Below, in pieces: positions 19,517 to 28,838 of a DNA stretch of 64,000 nt. The notes under the pieces were generated by a model. It made no database searches and had not been told where the DNA came from. It saw nothing but the letters and a program-made list of their open reading frames with translations. Source of the DNA: an archaeon (GTDB lineage Archaea > Iainarchaeota > Iainarchaeia > Iainarchaeales > CSSED10-239); the NCBI GenBank assembly GCA_035400625.1, contig DAOMZT010000002.1, positions 137,649-201,648 of the forward strand, written 5' to 3'. The position numbers and the translations under genes are program-made. The number at the start of each line of letters is the position of its first letter. Positions within the stretch are counted from its first letter, which is position 1.

Positions 19517-21252
19517 TTTTGCATACTAAATAGCTTTTCTAGTTCTTCTTGGCTTGTGGTGTCCTTAGAGCCTTTATCTGTCCTTATCTTAACAAGCCTT
19601 GGAAAACGAAGTGCCAAGCCCTGATTTGTTTCTGCATCAAAACTTGCTGTGTGTATTGGGCTTTTTGTTATCTCATCATAATTGATTTCTACAACAATTT
19701 CTGGAGTTACATAAAAGTCCGGAGAAATGTTTGTTACCAAGTTGTTTGGTTTAGTCTCAAGCTTTGTAGATTCTAGTTTTTCTGCCAAGTCAAGAAGTGT
19801 TGCATCAGTCAGGCCAGTTCCAATCTTTGCCAACGTAAAATATCTGTCTTCATTTCGGTCATAGAGTGCAACAAGAAGAGCGCCAATGCCTTTGTCTGTT
19901 CTTTTTCCTTGACCATAGAAAGCACCAACAATCACAGCATCTATAGTGTCAAGGTTTTCGGAGCCCTTATAAGACTTCTTAAACTTAATCCAGGAATAAC
20001 CGCGAGAGCCTGCTTTGTAACTAGCCTCTAGGTCTTTTGCAATAATTCCTTCAAAGCCCTGCTCTAAAGCCTCATTAAAAAATTTCTCTATCTCTTCAAG
20101 CTTACTTGTTATTAATATTTTTGTTGGTGTTATAAATGGTGCATGATTAAAATACCTCTCTACAAATTTACGCCTCTCACCAAAAGGAAGATGATAGATA
20201 TCTTGACCATCAAGATACAGACAATCAAAGACCTTCAAGTGAAGAGGAAGCTCTTTTGATTTTTCGCTTATGTCGTATTTTCTTTTTCTGGTTATTGTTA
20301 TTTGAAAGGTATGGTATTTCTTGTTTATTGGGTCATAAGCAATAGACTCACAATCAATTATAAAATCATGCTGTATTTTTTTAACAGCCTCAACAATATC
20401 AGGAAACATCTTTGTTATGTCTTCTTCTTGTCTTGAAAAGATCTTTACTTCGTTTCCTTTCTTATGTATCTGCTGTCTAAAACCATCTATCTTTGTGTCA
20501 ACAGCCACAACTTTTAGTCTTTCATGTATCTCTTTAAGACTTTCTGCTCTTTCACAAAGCTGTGACTTGATTGGAATAAATGCTGTTATCTTTAAAGAAC
20601 TTATTCCTTCTATTCCTTTTTCTTTAATTATCTTTCCAATCAGTCCAAGATCAGAAACAAGCTGGTATTTTTCAGTAATCTCTGCCTTTGCAATCTTTAG
20701 CTCTTCTGCTTCTGTTATTGAAAGGCTAGCTAATGCATCAATTATTGTGGAGTCCCCAAAGCCTAGCCTAAAAGAAATTGGAAACCTTACAAGATATTTC
20801 GCAGAAGCAGGGTTTGAGTTAAAAAGAACAAACTTAAACAACTGCTGTTTCTTTTCTGTTGAACCAGTTCCTGTTGTTTCTGAGATTTTTTTAAAGGTAT
20901 CAAAGACATCTCTAAAGACTAGGCGTTTGGAAAAAAGAGTAGATTGTTTTCTTTTAGAGTGGTGCTTTTCAATGACTAGGCCTATGTCTCCTAAATTATA
21001 GAATTCTTCCTTTATTTCTTCTTGAGGAATAGAAAGATATTCTGAAACTAAAGAGATCAAGGTTGCTTGGCCAATATTTATTTCTTTTGTTTTGTGTTTT
21101 GGGCCAAGAGTTCCTTGACAAAAATAAATCAAATCTTGAATATCTTCTTTTGAGGTTTCAGAAAAAAGTTGTTTTAAAATATCAGTCATCTCTAAACGAC
21201 TAGTAGTTTTACTTATTTTTTCAAAATATTCAGAGATAACATCAAAATACAA
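19513..21252 (-). CDS. lig: ATP-dependent DNA ligase (archaeal/eukaryotic Lig1-type with N-terminal DNA-binding domain)
   Basis: 579 aa. Adenylation motif I KIDGFR is present, followed by OB-fold-type C-terminal motifs (EGIIAK, WIKFK). The N-terminus YFDVISEYFEKISKTTSRLEMT matches the conserved ligase N-terminus. The start codon is TTG at 21250-21252, immediately after an in-frame stop. Confidence 0.9.
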   Translation of the reverse strand: MYFDVISEYFEKISKTTSRLEMTDILKQLFSETSKEDIQDLIYFCQGTLGPKHKTKEINIGQATLISLVSEYLSIPQEEIKEEFYNLGDIGLVIEKHHSKRKQSTLFSKRLVFRDVFDTFKKISETTGTGSTEKKQQLFKFVLFNSNPASAKYLVRFPISFRLGFGDSTIIDALASLSITEAEELKIAKAEITEKYQLVSDLGLIGKIIKEKGIEGISSLKITAFIPIKSQLCERAESLKEIHERLKVVAVDTKIDGFRQQIHKKGNEVKIFSRQEEDITKMFPDIVEAVKKIQHDFIIDCESIAYDPINKKYHTFQITITRKRKYDISEKSKELPLHLKVFDCLYLDGQDIYHLPFGERRKFVERYFNHAPFITPTKILITSKLEEIEKFFNEALEQGFEGIIAKDLEASYKAGSRGYSWIKFKKSYKGSENLDTIDAVIVGAFYGQGKRTDKGIGALLVALYDRNEDRYFTLAKIGTGLTDATLLDLAEKLESTKLETKPNNLVTNISPDFYVTPEIVVEINYDEITKSPIHTASFDAETNQGLALRFPRLVKIRTDKGSKDTTSQEELEKLFSMQN

Positions 21253-21272
21253 TTAAATTTCACTTTTTTATT

Positions 21273-22736
21273 TTAGTAGCTTCTAGCAATATAGACATAA
21301 TGTTTTGCTTTGTTGCCACAGATAACACATTGCTCATCAAGATCTGGAACTTCTTTAATATCCATTCTTGTTCCTCTGACTTCTCCACCAGCAGTTGCGG
21401 CCTTTAGTTCATCAAAGCATTCTTTGCCATCTGGGTCAATGGAACAGAAAGGGATTCTTACAAGCTTTCCTTTGTTTATTTCAGAGATCAATTCTTCTTT
21501 GGTGTTAGCAACTGACAAAGCATCATCAAAATCATTGTCTGCTTGCTCTCTTAAGTTATCTGTAAACTCCATAGAGATCTTTTTTACATTTTCAAAAAGA
21601 TCAGTAAACAATATTTTTTCTTTAGTATTTAGATCTCTTCTAAACAAAACAACTTGTGACTCTTCAAGATCTTTTGGGCCAATCTCTATTCTTATTGGAA
21701 CTCCTTTCATCTCATAGAAAGAAAATCTTTCTTTTGGCTTTTTTTCTTTATTGTCATCAATCTTTACTCTATAGCCTAACTTATCAAGATCGTTTGCAAA
21801 ATCAACACATAAATGTTCTAGTGCTTCTGGATCTTCACCAGAAAAATATAATGGAACTATGATTATTTGTATTGGTGCAAGCTCAAAAGGCAATCTCAAA
21901 CCATTTTGGTCTCCATGTATTCCAATCAAACTACCATAAATTCTAGTAACTCCTGGGCCATAACATGTGCCATAAGGAATCTTTGTTTCTTCGTCTTTAT
22001 CTCTAAACTTTACATTAAAGGTCTTTGTAAACTTCTGACCTAGAAGATGTGTTGTTGCTATTTGGCAGGCTTTTCCGTTTGGCATCATTGTGTCTGCTGC
22101 AAAGGTGTCTTCAGCTCCTGCAAACTTGTCCCATTGTGGGCGTTTAAAGAAAATAAAAGGTATGCCAAGCTCTAAATGTATTATGTCTTCTGTTATTTGC
22201 ATATCTTGAAGCACTTGGGCATATGAGTCTTCATAGGTCTCAAAGATATTATGTGTTTCAAACCAATAGAATTCTCTTCCTCTAAAGAAAGGCTTTGTTT
22301 GTTTTGTGTCATATCTAAAGACATTTGCACGCTGATATGTTTTTATTGGCAGATCTCTGTAGCTTTCTAGCCAATATGCAAACATGTAATAGAATGCAGT
22401 TTCTGAAGTTGGACGCAAAGCATATCTTTGTTCAAGCTTTTCGTTTCCATGTTCTGTTACCCAGAAAACCTCAGGAGTAAAGCCCTCTACATGTTCTGCT
22501 TCTTTATAGAAATTCTCTTCTGGGATTAATGTAGGAAGTATTACTTGCTGATGTGCTGTTTCATCAAAAGCATCTTCAAATAATCTAAACATCTTATTAA
22601 TTGTAAATGTTGACCAAGGTCTATAGACAACTACGCCTTTGATATTATATCTTAGATCTGCAAGTTCTGCTCTTTGATTAATATCAATAAACCATTCATT
22701 AAAGTCTTTTATTTTTAATTCTTCACTTGATGCCAT
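21273..22736 (-). CDS. proS: Prolyl-tRNA synthetase, archaeal/eukaryote-like type
   Basis: Class II ProRS pattern (FNEWF...AELADLRYNIKG..VYRPW, YALRPTSET, anticodon-binding and C-terminal Zn-like domain ending ...YIARSY). ATG at 22736 is preferred over the GTG at 22745. Confidence 0.9.
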   Translation of the reverse strand: MASSEELKIKDFNEWFIDINQRAELADLRYNIKGVVVYRPWSTFTINKMFRLFEDAFDETAHQQVILPTLIPEENFYKEAEHVEGFTPEVFWVTEHGNEKLEQRYALRPTSETAFYYMFAYWLESYRDLPIKTYQRANVFRYDTKQTKPFFRGREFYWFETHNIFETYEDSYAQVLQDMQITEDIIHLELGIPFIFFKRPQWDKFAGAEDTFAADTMMPNGKACQIATTHLLGQKFTKTFNVKFRDKDEETKIPYGTCYGPGVTRIYGSLIGIHGDQNGLRLPFELAPIQIIIVPLYFSGEDPEALEHLCVDFANDLDKLGYRVKIDDNKEKKPKERFSFYEMKGVPIRIEIGPKDLEESQVVLFRRDLNTKEKILFTDLFENVKKISMEFTDNLREQADNDFDDALSVANTKEELISEINKGKLVRIPFCSIDPDGKECFDELKAATAGGEVRGTRMDIKEVPDLDEQCVICGNKAKHYVYIARSY

Positions 22737-22797
22737 AATTATCACATTTAACTATAATATATAATAGGACAATAATTTAAAAATAATAAGGATTTGG

Positions 22798-23343
22798 CTA
22801 TTTGCCAAACAAGCTATCCAATAACCTATTAAATTCAGTTATTTGCTTGCTTCTAGAAACACGTGTATCATACAAATAAGAATGCAAGTTTCTAACATTT
22901 CTAACAATCTCTAGATATGCCTCTCTTTTTTCTAATGTTGAGGTTCTATTAGAACTACACTTTTCAGTTAAACCATTTAAGGTATTCAATGTCTTTCTAA
23001 ATGTTTTTGTGTTTTCAGATTTAAATATTTCTTGAATACCAAAATTAAGTCGTGTTGTTATTGCACCCAAGTCTATAGCTGGGCCATCTAATCTACTAAG
23101 CATTCTTTTAGAAACACCCCATCTTCTTAAATTTGCCTTTACTTTTACTATCTCTCTATTAAGATAATCGTTTGGATATCTTGGGTCAACATGTTTTAAT
23201 TTTGTGGCAAGACTTTTACTTAGTTCTTTTATTGTTCTATCTACAGTGGCTTTTGCTGTTTTTGTTTTTTCTAAATTTTTCAAAAAAACATCAGGTATTT
23301 TTGCTTTTTTTGGTTTAAGAGTAGTTCTGTTCCAGATTTCCAT
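22798..23343 (-). CDS. Hypothetical basic protein (start uncertain)
   Basis: The ORF-track start at 23487 (TTG) lies inside tRNA-Pro. The first ATG after the tRNA is at 23343; in-frame GTG/TTG codons between 23343 and 23457 cannot be excluded. No family recognised. Confidence 0.45.
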   Translation of the reverse strand: MEIWNRTTLKPKKAKIPDVFLKNLEKTKTAKATVDRTIKELSKSLATKLKHVDPRYPNDYLNREIVKVKANLRRWGVSKRMLSRLDGPAIDLGAITTRLNFGIQEIFKSENTKTFRKTLNTLNGLTEKCSSNRTSTLEKREAYLEIVRNVRNLHSYLYDTRVSRSKQITEFNRLLDSLFGK

Positions 23344-23457
23344 TTGAGAAGTAGGCTTTGGGTTTTTTCTTTTTCTAACTAAACTCCAAATCTCCAATTG
23401 TTGTGGGCGTTTTGAAGTTCTAATCTTTGCTATAGTTTTCACCGTTTTATTAAAAAG

Positions 23458-23531
23458 TGAGGCTGCCCCGATTTGAACGGGGGTCAAAAGCTCCCAAAGC
23501 TCTTATGATGACCAAGCTACACTACAGCCCC
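23458..23531 (-). tRNA. tRNA-Pro (anticodon TGG)
   Basis: The minus strand reads GGGGCTG-TA-GTGT-AGCTTGGTCA-TCAT-A-AGAGC-TTTGGGA-GCTTT-TGAC-CCCCG-TTCAAAT-CGGGG-CAGCCTC-A. 74 nt, G37 present, no encoded CCA. Confidence 0.88.
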
Positions 23532-23566
23532 ATAATATATAATATAGTATAGATAATATTTATAAA

Positions 23567-24640
23567 CTAATTTACTTGGTTATTCCAAGCACTCCAATGC
23601 CTTTGAAAGTTTTCTAGATAGTCTTCTGCTAGTTTTTGATGTTTTATTATAACTAGAGTCTCATCGTTGTTGTTTGTGCCATTATTTGAGAAATTCATTG
23701 AGCCAGTTGTAACTACCATATTGTCAAACACACAATATTTGTTATGCATAAGATAAGGATCATTATCATCAATTACAAAAACCCCCATGGCTTTAAACTT
23801 TTCAAACTCTGAGTATTGGCTTTTCTGCTGAGTCTCAAGAATTATCTTGACATCTACTCCTCTTTCTTTGGCCTTTACCATCTCGTCTCCAAAATCATCA
23901 AGAGTAAAGCTATACATCATACAAGCAATAGATTGTTTAGCAGAAGCGATGTTAGAGATTATCTGAAACTTACAATTGTTGTTTGGGCAAAAGAAAATTG
24001 AAAAATTTTCATCAAATGTCTTGCCTAGAATATTTGAGGATTTGGAGAAATTACCAAGATAAAAAGAATCAATCTTTTCTTTTAGGACTTTTGAAAGCCT
24101 TGGGCTTTTAAAAACCAAAATATTATTGTAGCTTTTAGAAAAGCTGTTTTCTGTAAAGTTTGCTGAAGCTATCATTGATATGTTATCATCAAACACACAA
24201 AACTTATTGTGCATGTAGCTGTTTTCTGTTGGCGAAATCAAAACATTTATGCCAGAGACTTTAAGATCACTGACAAGAGTGCTTTTGGTTTGGCTTCTGC
24301 CTTTGTCTGTTACTATTCTTATTTTTGTGCCTTCCTGGTTTTCTGAAATTAAGGCATCTGCTACTTCGCGTGAAGTAATGTCGTAAATTGCACAATCAAT
24401 GGTTTTGTTGGAATCGAGAATCAAAGAAACTATCTCTTCTTTACAAGCGTCTTCTGGGCAAAAATATAATAGGGTGTCTGGGAAATCGCCAACCTGTCCA
24501 AGAATTAATAAGTTTTGGCTTTCATTTGTTTGGCCATTATCTACTGGCCTATTTTCAAAATAAAGCAAAACAAGAAAAACAAAAATCAAAAGAATAATCA
24601 AAAGGAAAAAAAAGAAAAGATTGGAATTTTTCTTTCTCAT
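23567..24640 (-). CDS. Membrane-anchored phospholipase D-superfamily protein (two HKD motifs)
   Basis: N-terminal TM helix (LFFFFLLIILLIFVFLVLLYF). Two HxK(x)4D motifs are present: HNKFCVFDDNISMIASANF and HNKYCVFDNMVVTTGSMNF. Its ATG overlaps the alaS stop (ATGA). Confidence 0.85.
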   Translation of the reverse strand: MRKKNSNLFFFFLLIILLIFVFLVLLYFENRPVDNGQTNESQNLLILGQVGDFPDTLLYFCPEDACKEEIVSLILDSNKTIDCAIYDITSREVADALISENQEGTKIRIVTDKGRSQTKSTLVSDLKVSGINVLISPTENSYMHNKFCVFDDNISMIASANFTENSFSKSYNNILVFKSPRLSKVLKEKIDSFYLGNFSKSSNILGKTFDENFSIFFCPNNNCKFQIISNIASAKQSIACMMYSFTLDDFGDEMVKAKERGVDVKIILETQQKSQYSEFEKFKAMGVFVIDDNDPYLMHNKYCVFDNMVVTTGSMNFSNNGTNNNDETLVIIKHQKLAEDYLENFQRHWSAWNNQVN

Positions 24641-26406
24641 GCTTTTTCAGTATTGTCCTCAAGCACAGCTTTGATTCTTCTAACACCAGCAGCTATGCCT
24701 TCTTCTTTAATGATCTTAAATCTTCCAAGCTCTTTTGTATTATTTACATGTGGCCCCATACAGATTTCTTTTGAGTAGTCCCCAACAGAATATACAAACA
24801 CAACTTCAGGATATCTTGCCCCAAACTCTGCCTGTGCTCCACTTTCTATTGCTTTAGCTAATGGCATAGATTCTTTTACAACATCAAGCTCTCTAGCTAT
24901 TACTTTGTTAACCTCATCTTCTACTGCTTGTATTTCTTCAGGCGTTAACTTCCTATCAAAATTAAAATCAAATCTTAACCTTTCAGAAGTTATGTTACTG
25001 CCTTTCTGTCTAATTTCTTTATTTATAATATTTCTTAAAGATTGATTTAGTATGTGTGTTGCTGTGTGATATCTGGTGGTTATATTTGTTTGTTCAGCAA
25101 GCCCACCCTTAAATTTATGTTCTGCACCAGCTCTTGAGATTTCTTTGTGCTTTTTTTCTTCTTCAATAAACCCAGAAACATCTATAGAAATGTTTTTCTC
25201 CTTAGCAAGTTCTTCAACCACCTCTATTGGAAAGCCAAAAGACTGGTAAAGAAGAAATGCGTCTTTTCCAGACAGTTTTTCTTGAGTTTCTATCATTCTG
25301 TTAAATTCCTTCAAGCCATTTTCTAGAGTTAAATTAAATTTGTTTTCTTCTTTTTCAAGCTCGTTTAAAACAAATTGATATTTAAATTTTAAATGAGGAT
25401 ATTCTTGATCATATAGATCCATTATCTTTTTTGAAACTTTTGAACAGAAATTATTTTCTATGCCTATTAATCTGCCATACCTTATTGCCCTTCTTATAAA
25501 CCTTCTAAGAATATATCCTTGATCAGTATTACTAGGAATTGCGCCTCTAGAATCTGCAAGAATAAAAGTTGCAGCTCTCAAATGGTCAGTTATAATCTTT
25601 ATTGCCTTTGTGTTTTCTTTGTCTTTTGCAAGACTTAAAACATAATCATAAATTTCCTTTATCTTTCCAACCTTAAAAGCGTCATCCAGACCATTAAGAA
25701 TCATAGCCACTCTTTCTGTTCCAAGACCAGTATCAATATTTTTTTGTTCAAGTTCCTCAAATTTGCCATCTTTTGTTTTATTATATTCTAAAAAAACATT
25801 GTTCCATATCTCTACCCAATTTTCATCATCAGGATCAAAAATTAATGGTGCTGGTCTAGAATTATCTTTCCAATAAAACATTTCTGTGTCTGGTCCACAA
25901 GGTCCTGAGTCTCCTGCAGGTCCCCACCAGTTATCAGCAATAGCGACTATTCTTTCCTTTGGCACACCTTGTTCTAGCCAATGGAATATTGTTTCTTTGT
26001 CTATTGGCACATTATCATTTCCAGAAAAGACGGTTATTGCTAATCTGTTCTTGTCAAGACCTAACCATTCTTTACTTGTTAAAAACTCATAAGAATAAGC
26101 AATTGATTCTTTTTTGAAATAATCGCCAAGAGACCAATTTCCAAGCATCTCAAACATTGAAAAATGAGTTGCATCTCCAATTTCATCAATATCTGTTGTT
26201 CTAATGCATAATTGATAGTTAACTAGTCTTTTACCTAAAGGATGTGGCTGACCAAGAAGAAAAGGAACCAAGGGATGCATGCCTGCAGTTGTAAAAAGAA
26301 CAGTATTATCATTTTCAGGAATCAAAGATGCCTGTTCTATTACTTTATGGTCTTTACTTTTAAAAAAGTCTAAAAATTTTTGTTTAAGCTCAATTGTTGT
26401 TATCAT
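24637..26406 (-). CDS. alaS: Alanyl-tRNA synthetase, short bacterial-like form (catalytic plus editing domains, no C-Ala domain)
   Basis: The N-terminus (KFLDFFKSKDHKVIEQASLIPENDNTVLFTTAGMHP...FEMLGNWSLGDYFK) resembles bacterial AlaRS. Editing-domain zinc motifs HTATH and CMGPHV are present. The protein ends right after GVRRIKAV, at 589 aa. Confidence 0.88.
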   Translation of the reverse strand: MITTIELKQKFLDFFKSKDHKVIEQASLIPENDNTVLFTTAGMHPLVPFLLGQPHPLGKRLVNYQLCIRTTDIDEIGDATHFSMFEMLGNWSLGDYFKKESIAYSYEFLTSKEWLGLDKNRLAITVFSGNDNVPIDKETIFHWLEQGVPKERIVAIADNWWGPAGDSGPCGPDTEMFYWKDNSRPAPLIFDPDDENWVEIWNNVFLEYNKTKDGKFEELEQKNIDTGLGTERVAMILNGLDDAFKVGKIKEIYDYVLSLAKDKENTKAIKIITDHLRAATFILADSRGAIPSNTDQGYILRRFIRRAIRYGRLIGIENNFCSKVSKKIMDLYDQEYPHLKFKYQFVLNELEKEENKFNLTLENGLKEFNRMIETQEKLSGKDAFLLYQSFGFPIEVVEELAKEKNISIDVSGFIEEEKKHKEISRAGAEHKFKGGLAEQTNITTRYHTATHILNQSLRNIINKEIRQKGSNITSERLRFDFNFDRKLTPEEIQAVEDEVNKVIARELDVVKESMPLAKAIESGAQAEFGARYPEVVFVYSVGDYSKEICMGPHVNNTKELGRFKIIKEEGIAAGVRRIKAVLEDNTEKA

Positions 26407-26498
26407 GTTTTTTTCACTTAAATATCATATATAATATAGAAAGAGATTTATTTTAAAATTGATTGCTTAAAGCGTTAATTAAATGTGGCTACTATTTC

Positions 26499-27443
26499 TT
26501 ATTTTGTGGTCACCTTTAATTTTTTCTTTAGTGCTTTATATTCTTCTACTAAAAGCTCTATTGTTGGTCTAATATTTTGATTGTTCTGGTATTCTCTAAG
26601 ACAAAAATAATATTTATGTCTATTTTCAAAAGTAATATCTACAGGAGGCAATTTGTTTTTTAGAAGAATATTATTTAAAAGAATTCTTCCAACCCTTCCA
26701 TTTCCATCTTGGAAAGGGTGAATATTTTCAAATTGATTATGAACAACAGCTGCAAGAAGTATAGGCGGGTATTTATCTTTGTATTTATTATACCATGCCA
26801 CCAATTCTTCAAGTAACTCAATTATTTTCTCAGATGGTGCACCTCTATGAACAATGGTTCCTAAACCATTTGAAATTACAACCTCTGTTCCTTTTGGTCT
26901 TATTTGCCCAGCAAATGGTTTTGAGTTTTTAAAAACAAGTCTATGTATTTCTTTAATAAGTTCTATAGAAATATGTTCTTTTGTATTTCTTATAAAATCA
27001 ATTGCAACTTTAACACCTTGGGCTTCTGAAATATCTTCTTTGCTTTTCTCTTTTGGCCAAATCTTATCTTCAATTATTTCTTTAACTTCTTTTTTATCAA
27101 GTTTTGAACCTTCGATAGCATTAGTGTTATATGTGAAATTTTCAGTAAACTGTATCCATTGTTCTTTTGAAAGATGGAAAACCTTTATTTCTTTTTGTAG
27201 CTCTTTTACTCTTTCTATTTCTTCTTTTGAAAGTATATTCTTTAGAGGGTCTTTTATTTTTCTTATGTTTGCTATCTTATACTCTATTCTTTCTTTTGCT
27301 GGTTTTTTAAGAGAATGAATTTTGGTTTTGCTTAGATCATTACCAAGATACTCTCTAATTTTTTTAACCTTTTTTCCTTCTCTGTAAGAATGCACAAGAT
27401 AATATTTTTTACCAGAATCTGTTTTTCTTTCTTCTACAAACAT
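26499..27443 (-). CDS. Fic-domain protein (AMPylase-type), class II with N-terminal inhibitory motif
   Basis: Fic motif HPFQDGNGRVGR, with an upstream TNAIEG matching the [S/T]xxxE[G/N] auto-inhibitory helix motif. Confidence 0.85.
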   Translation of the reverse strand: MFVEERKTDSGKKYYLVHSYREGKKVKKIREYLGNDLSKTKIHSLKKPAKERIEYKIANIRKIKDPLKNILSKEEIERVKELQKEIKVFHLSKEQWIQFTENFTYNTNAIEGSKLDKKEVKEIIEDKIWPKEKSKEDISEAQGVKVAIDFIRNTKEHISIELIKEIHRLVFKNSKPFAGQIRPKGTEVVISNGLGTIVHRGAPSEKIIELLEELVAWYNKYKDKYPPILLAAVVHNQFENIHPFQDGNGRVGRILLNNILLKNKLPPVDITFENRHKYYFCLREYQNNQNIRPTIELLVEEYKALKKKLKVTTK

Positions 27444-27497
27444 AAATATATTTAGGTGGCTACAATTTATAAATAGATTAGATTATTTGGCTACATT

Positions 27498-28790
27498 TTA
27501 AAGATTTACTTTATCAACATCTATTAGTTCTTCTTTTCCTGTTTTTAGGTTTCTGATCTTTATCTTGTTTTGTTTTATCTCATCTTCGCCTAAAAAGCCA
27601 ACATAAGGTATGCCTAGCTTGTCTGCATACTCTATATTTTTAGATACAGACCTATCTAAAAGATCAACTTGTGCCTTTAGGCCTCTTTTCCTTAGTTCTT
27701 GAGTTATTTTTATTGCTTGTTCTTTTGTTTTTATTGGAATAACAAATAAATCTGTTACTGTTTGCCTTTCAGTTCCATCTCTTTTGAGAATAATGTCCAT
27801 AATCGGTTCTATTCCAAAAGAAAGGCCTGTTGCAGGATAGTTCAATTTTTCATTACCTATGTACTTTCCAATCATTTTGTCCCATCTTCCACCACCAGCA
27901 ATAGAGCTATTCATTATTGTTTGATCTTTTAAAAATACTTCAAAGATCGGACCAGTATAGTAGCCAAGTCCCCTTGCAAGTGATGGCGAAAACTCAACCT
28001 CTACAGAAAAGTCTTTAAGATAACCTAAAAGTTCTTCAATCTCTTTTAGGCCCTCTGTTTCTCCCAAGATCTTTTTTAAAGATTTTAGTTTTTCTGTGTT
28101 TGTTCCTTTCTCTATCTCTGTTAAGAGATTCATGAGCTTTTCAATTTTGTCTTTAGGTATTTGCTTTTCAAGAAGCTCAGCTTTGACTCCATTGATGCCA
28201 ATCTTTTTTAGCTTATCTATAGAGATAATTACTTGCGTTGCTTGATTTTCTTCAATTCCAGAATATTTTATGATTTCTGTTAATAATTTTCTGTCATTTA
28301 CCTCAATGACAACATCAAGCATTAGTTTATTAAAAACATCTTTAACAACTGCTAAGGCCTCAGCATCTGCAAGAACACTCTTAACACCAACAACATCAAT
28401 ATCACACTGATAGAATTCCCTGTATCTCCCAGCCTTTATTGGACCGTCTCTAAAGACAGTTCCTATTTGGTATCTTTTAAATGGTAGTTTTAATTGTGGG
28501 TTTTGTCCAACAAATCGTGCAAGAGCAAAAGTAAACTCGTATCTTAATCCCAGGTCTCTATTGCCTTGATCTTTAAACCTGTATATTTCTGAGATTGCAT
28601 CAGAGTTTTCTCCAGCCCCAAACTTTGCCTCAAGTATCTCTAGCTTTTCAAAGGTTGGCGTCTCCAATGGAGAAAAGCCATATATTTCAAATATTTCTTT
28701 AATCTGATTAATAACCTTATCTCTAATTATCTTTTCTGATGGAGGAAAATCTCTAGTTCCTCTTGCAGTTTCAAGTATTAATTTTGCCAT
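27498..28790 (-). CDS. hisS: Histidyl-tRNA synthetase
   Basis: 430 aa. ARGTRDFPP, LRYEFTFALARF, KRYQIGTVFRD..P..GRYREFYQCD and GGGRWD are the class IIa HisRS signatures. Confidence 0.9.
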   Translation of the reverse strand: MAKLILETARGTRDFPPSEKIIRDKVINQIKEIFEIYGFSPLETPTFEKLEILEAKFGAGENSDAISEIYRFKDQGNRDLGLRYEFTFALARFVGQNPQLKLPFKRYQIGTVFRDGPIKAGRYREFYQCDIDVVGVKSVLADAEALAVVKDVFNKLMLDVVIEVNDRKLLTEIIKYSGIEENQATQVIISIDKLKKIGINGVKAELLEKQIPKDKIEKLMNLLTEIEKGTNTEKLKSLKKILGETEGLKEIEELLGYLKDFSVEVEFSPSLARGLGYYTGPIFEVFLKDQTIMNSSIAGGGRWDKMIGKYIGNEKLNYPATGLSFGIEPIMDIILKRDGTERQTVTDLFVIPIKTKEQAIKITQELRKRGLKAQVDLLDRSVSKNIEYADKLGIPYVGFLGEDEIKQNKIKIRNLKTGKEELIDVDKVNL

Positions 28791-28838
28791 ATATTTTCAC
28801 ATTTCATTAATAATTTAAATATAGAAACAATTTAAAAA

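Noticed and set aside
23344-23487. N-terminal extension of the 22798 ORF
   Set aside because: Its TTG start and first 10 codons lie inside tRNA-Pro (23458..23531). The true start must be downstream, and its exact position is unresolved.
12839-27318. Antisense ORFs within housekeeping genes (12839..13129, 20417..21001, 21310..21717, 25886..26092, 26854..27318, and others)
   Set aside because: Each overlaps a confidently identified gene (trm5, lig, proS, alaS, Fic) on the other strand, and no independent support exists.
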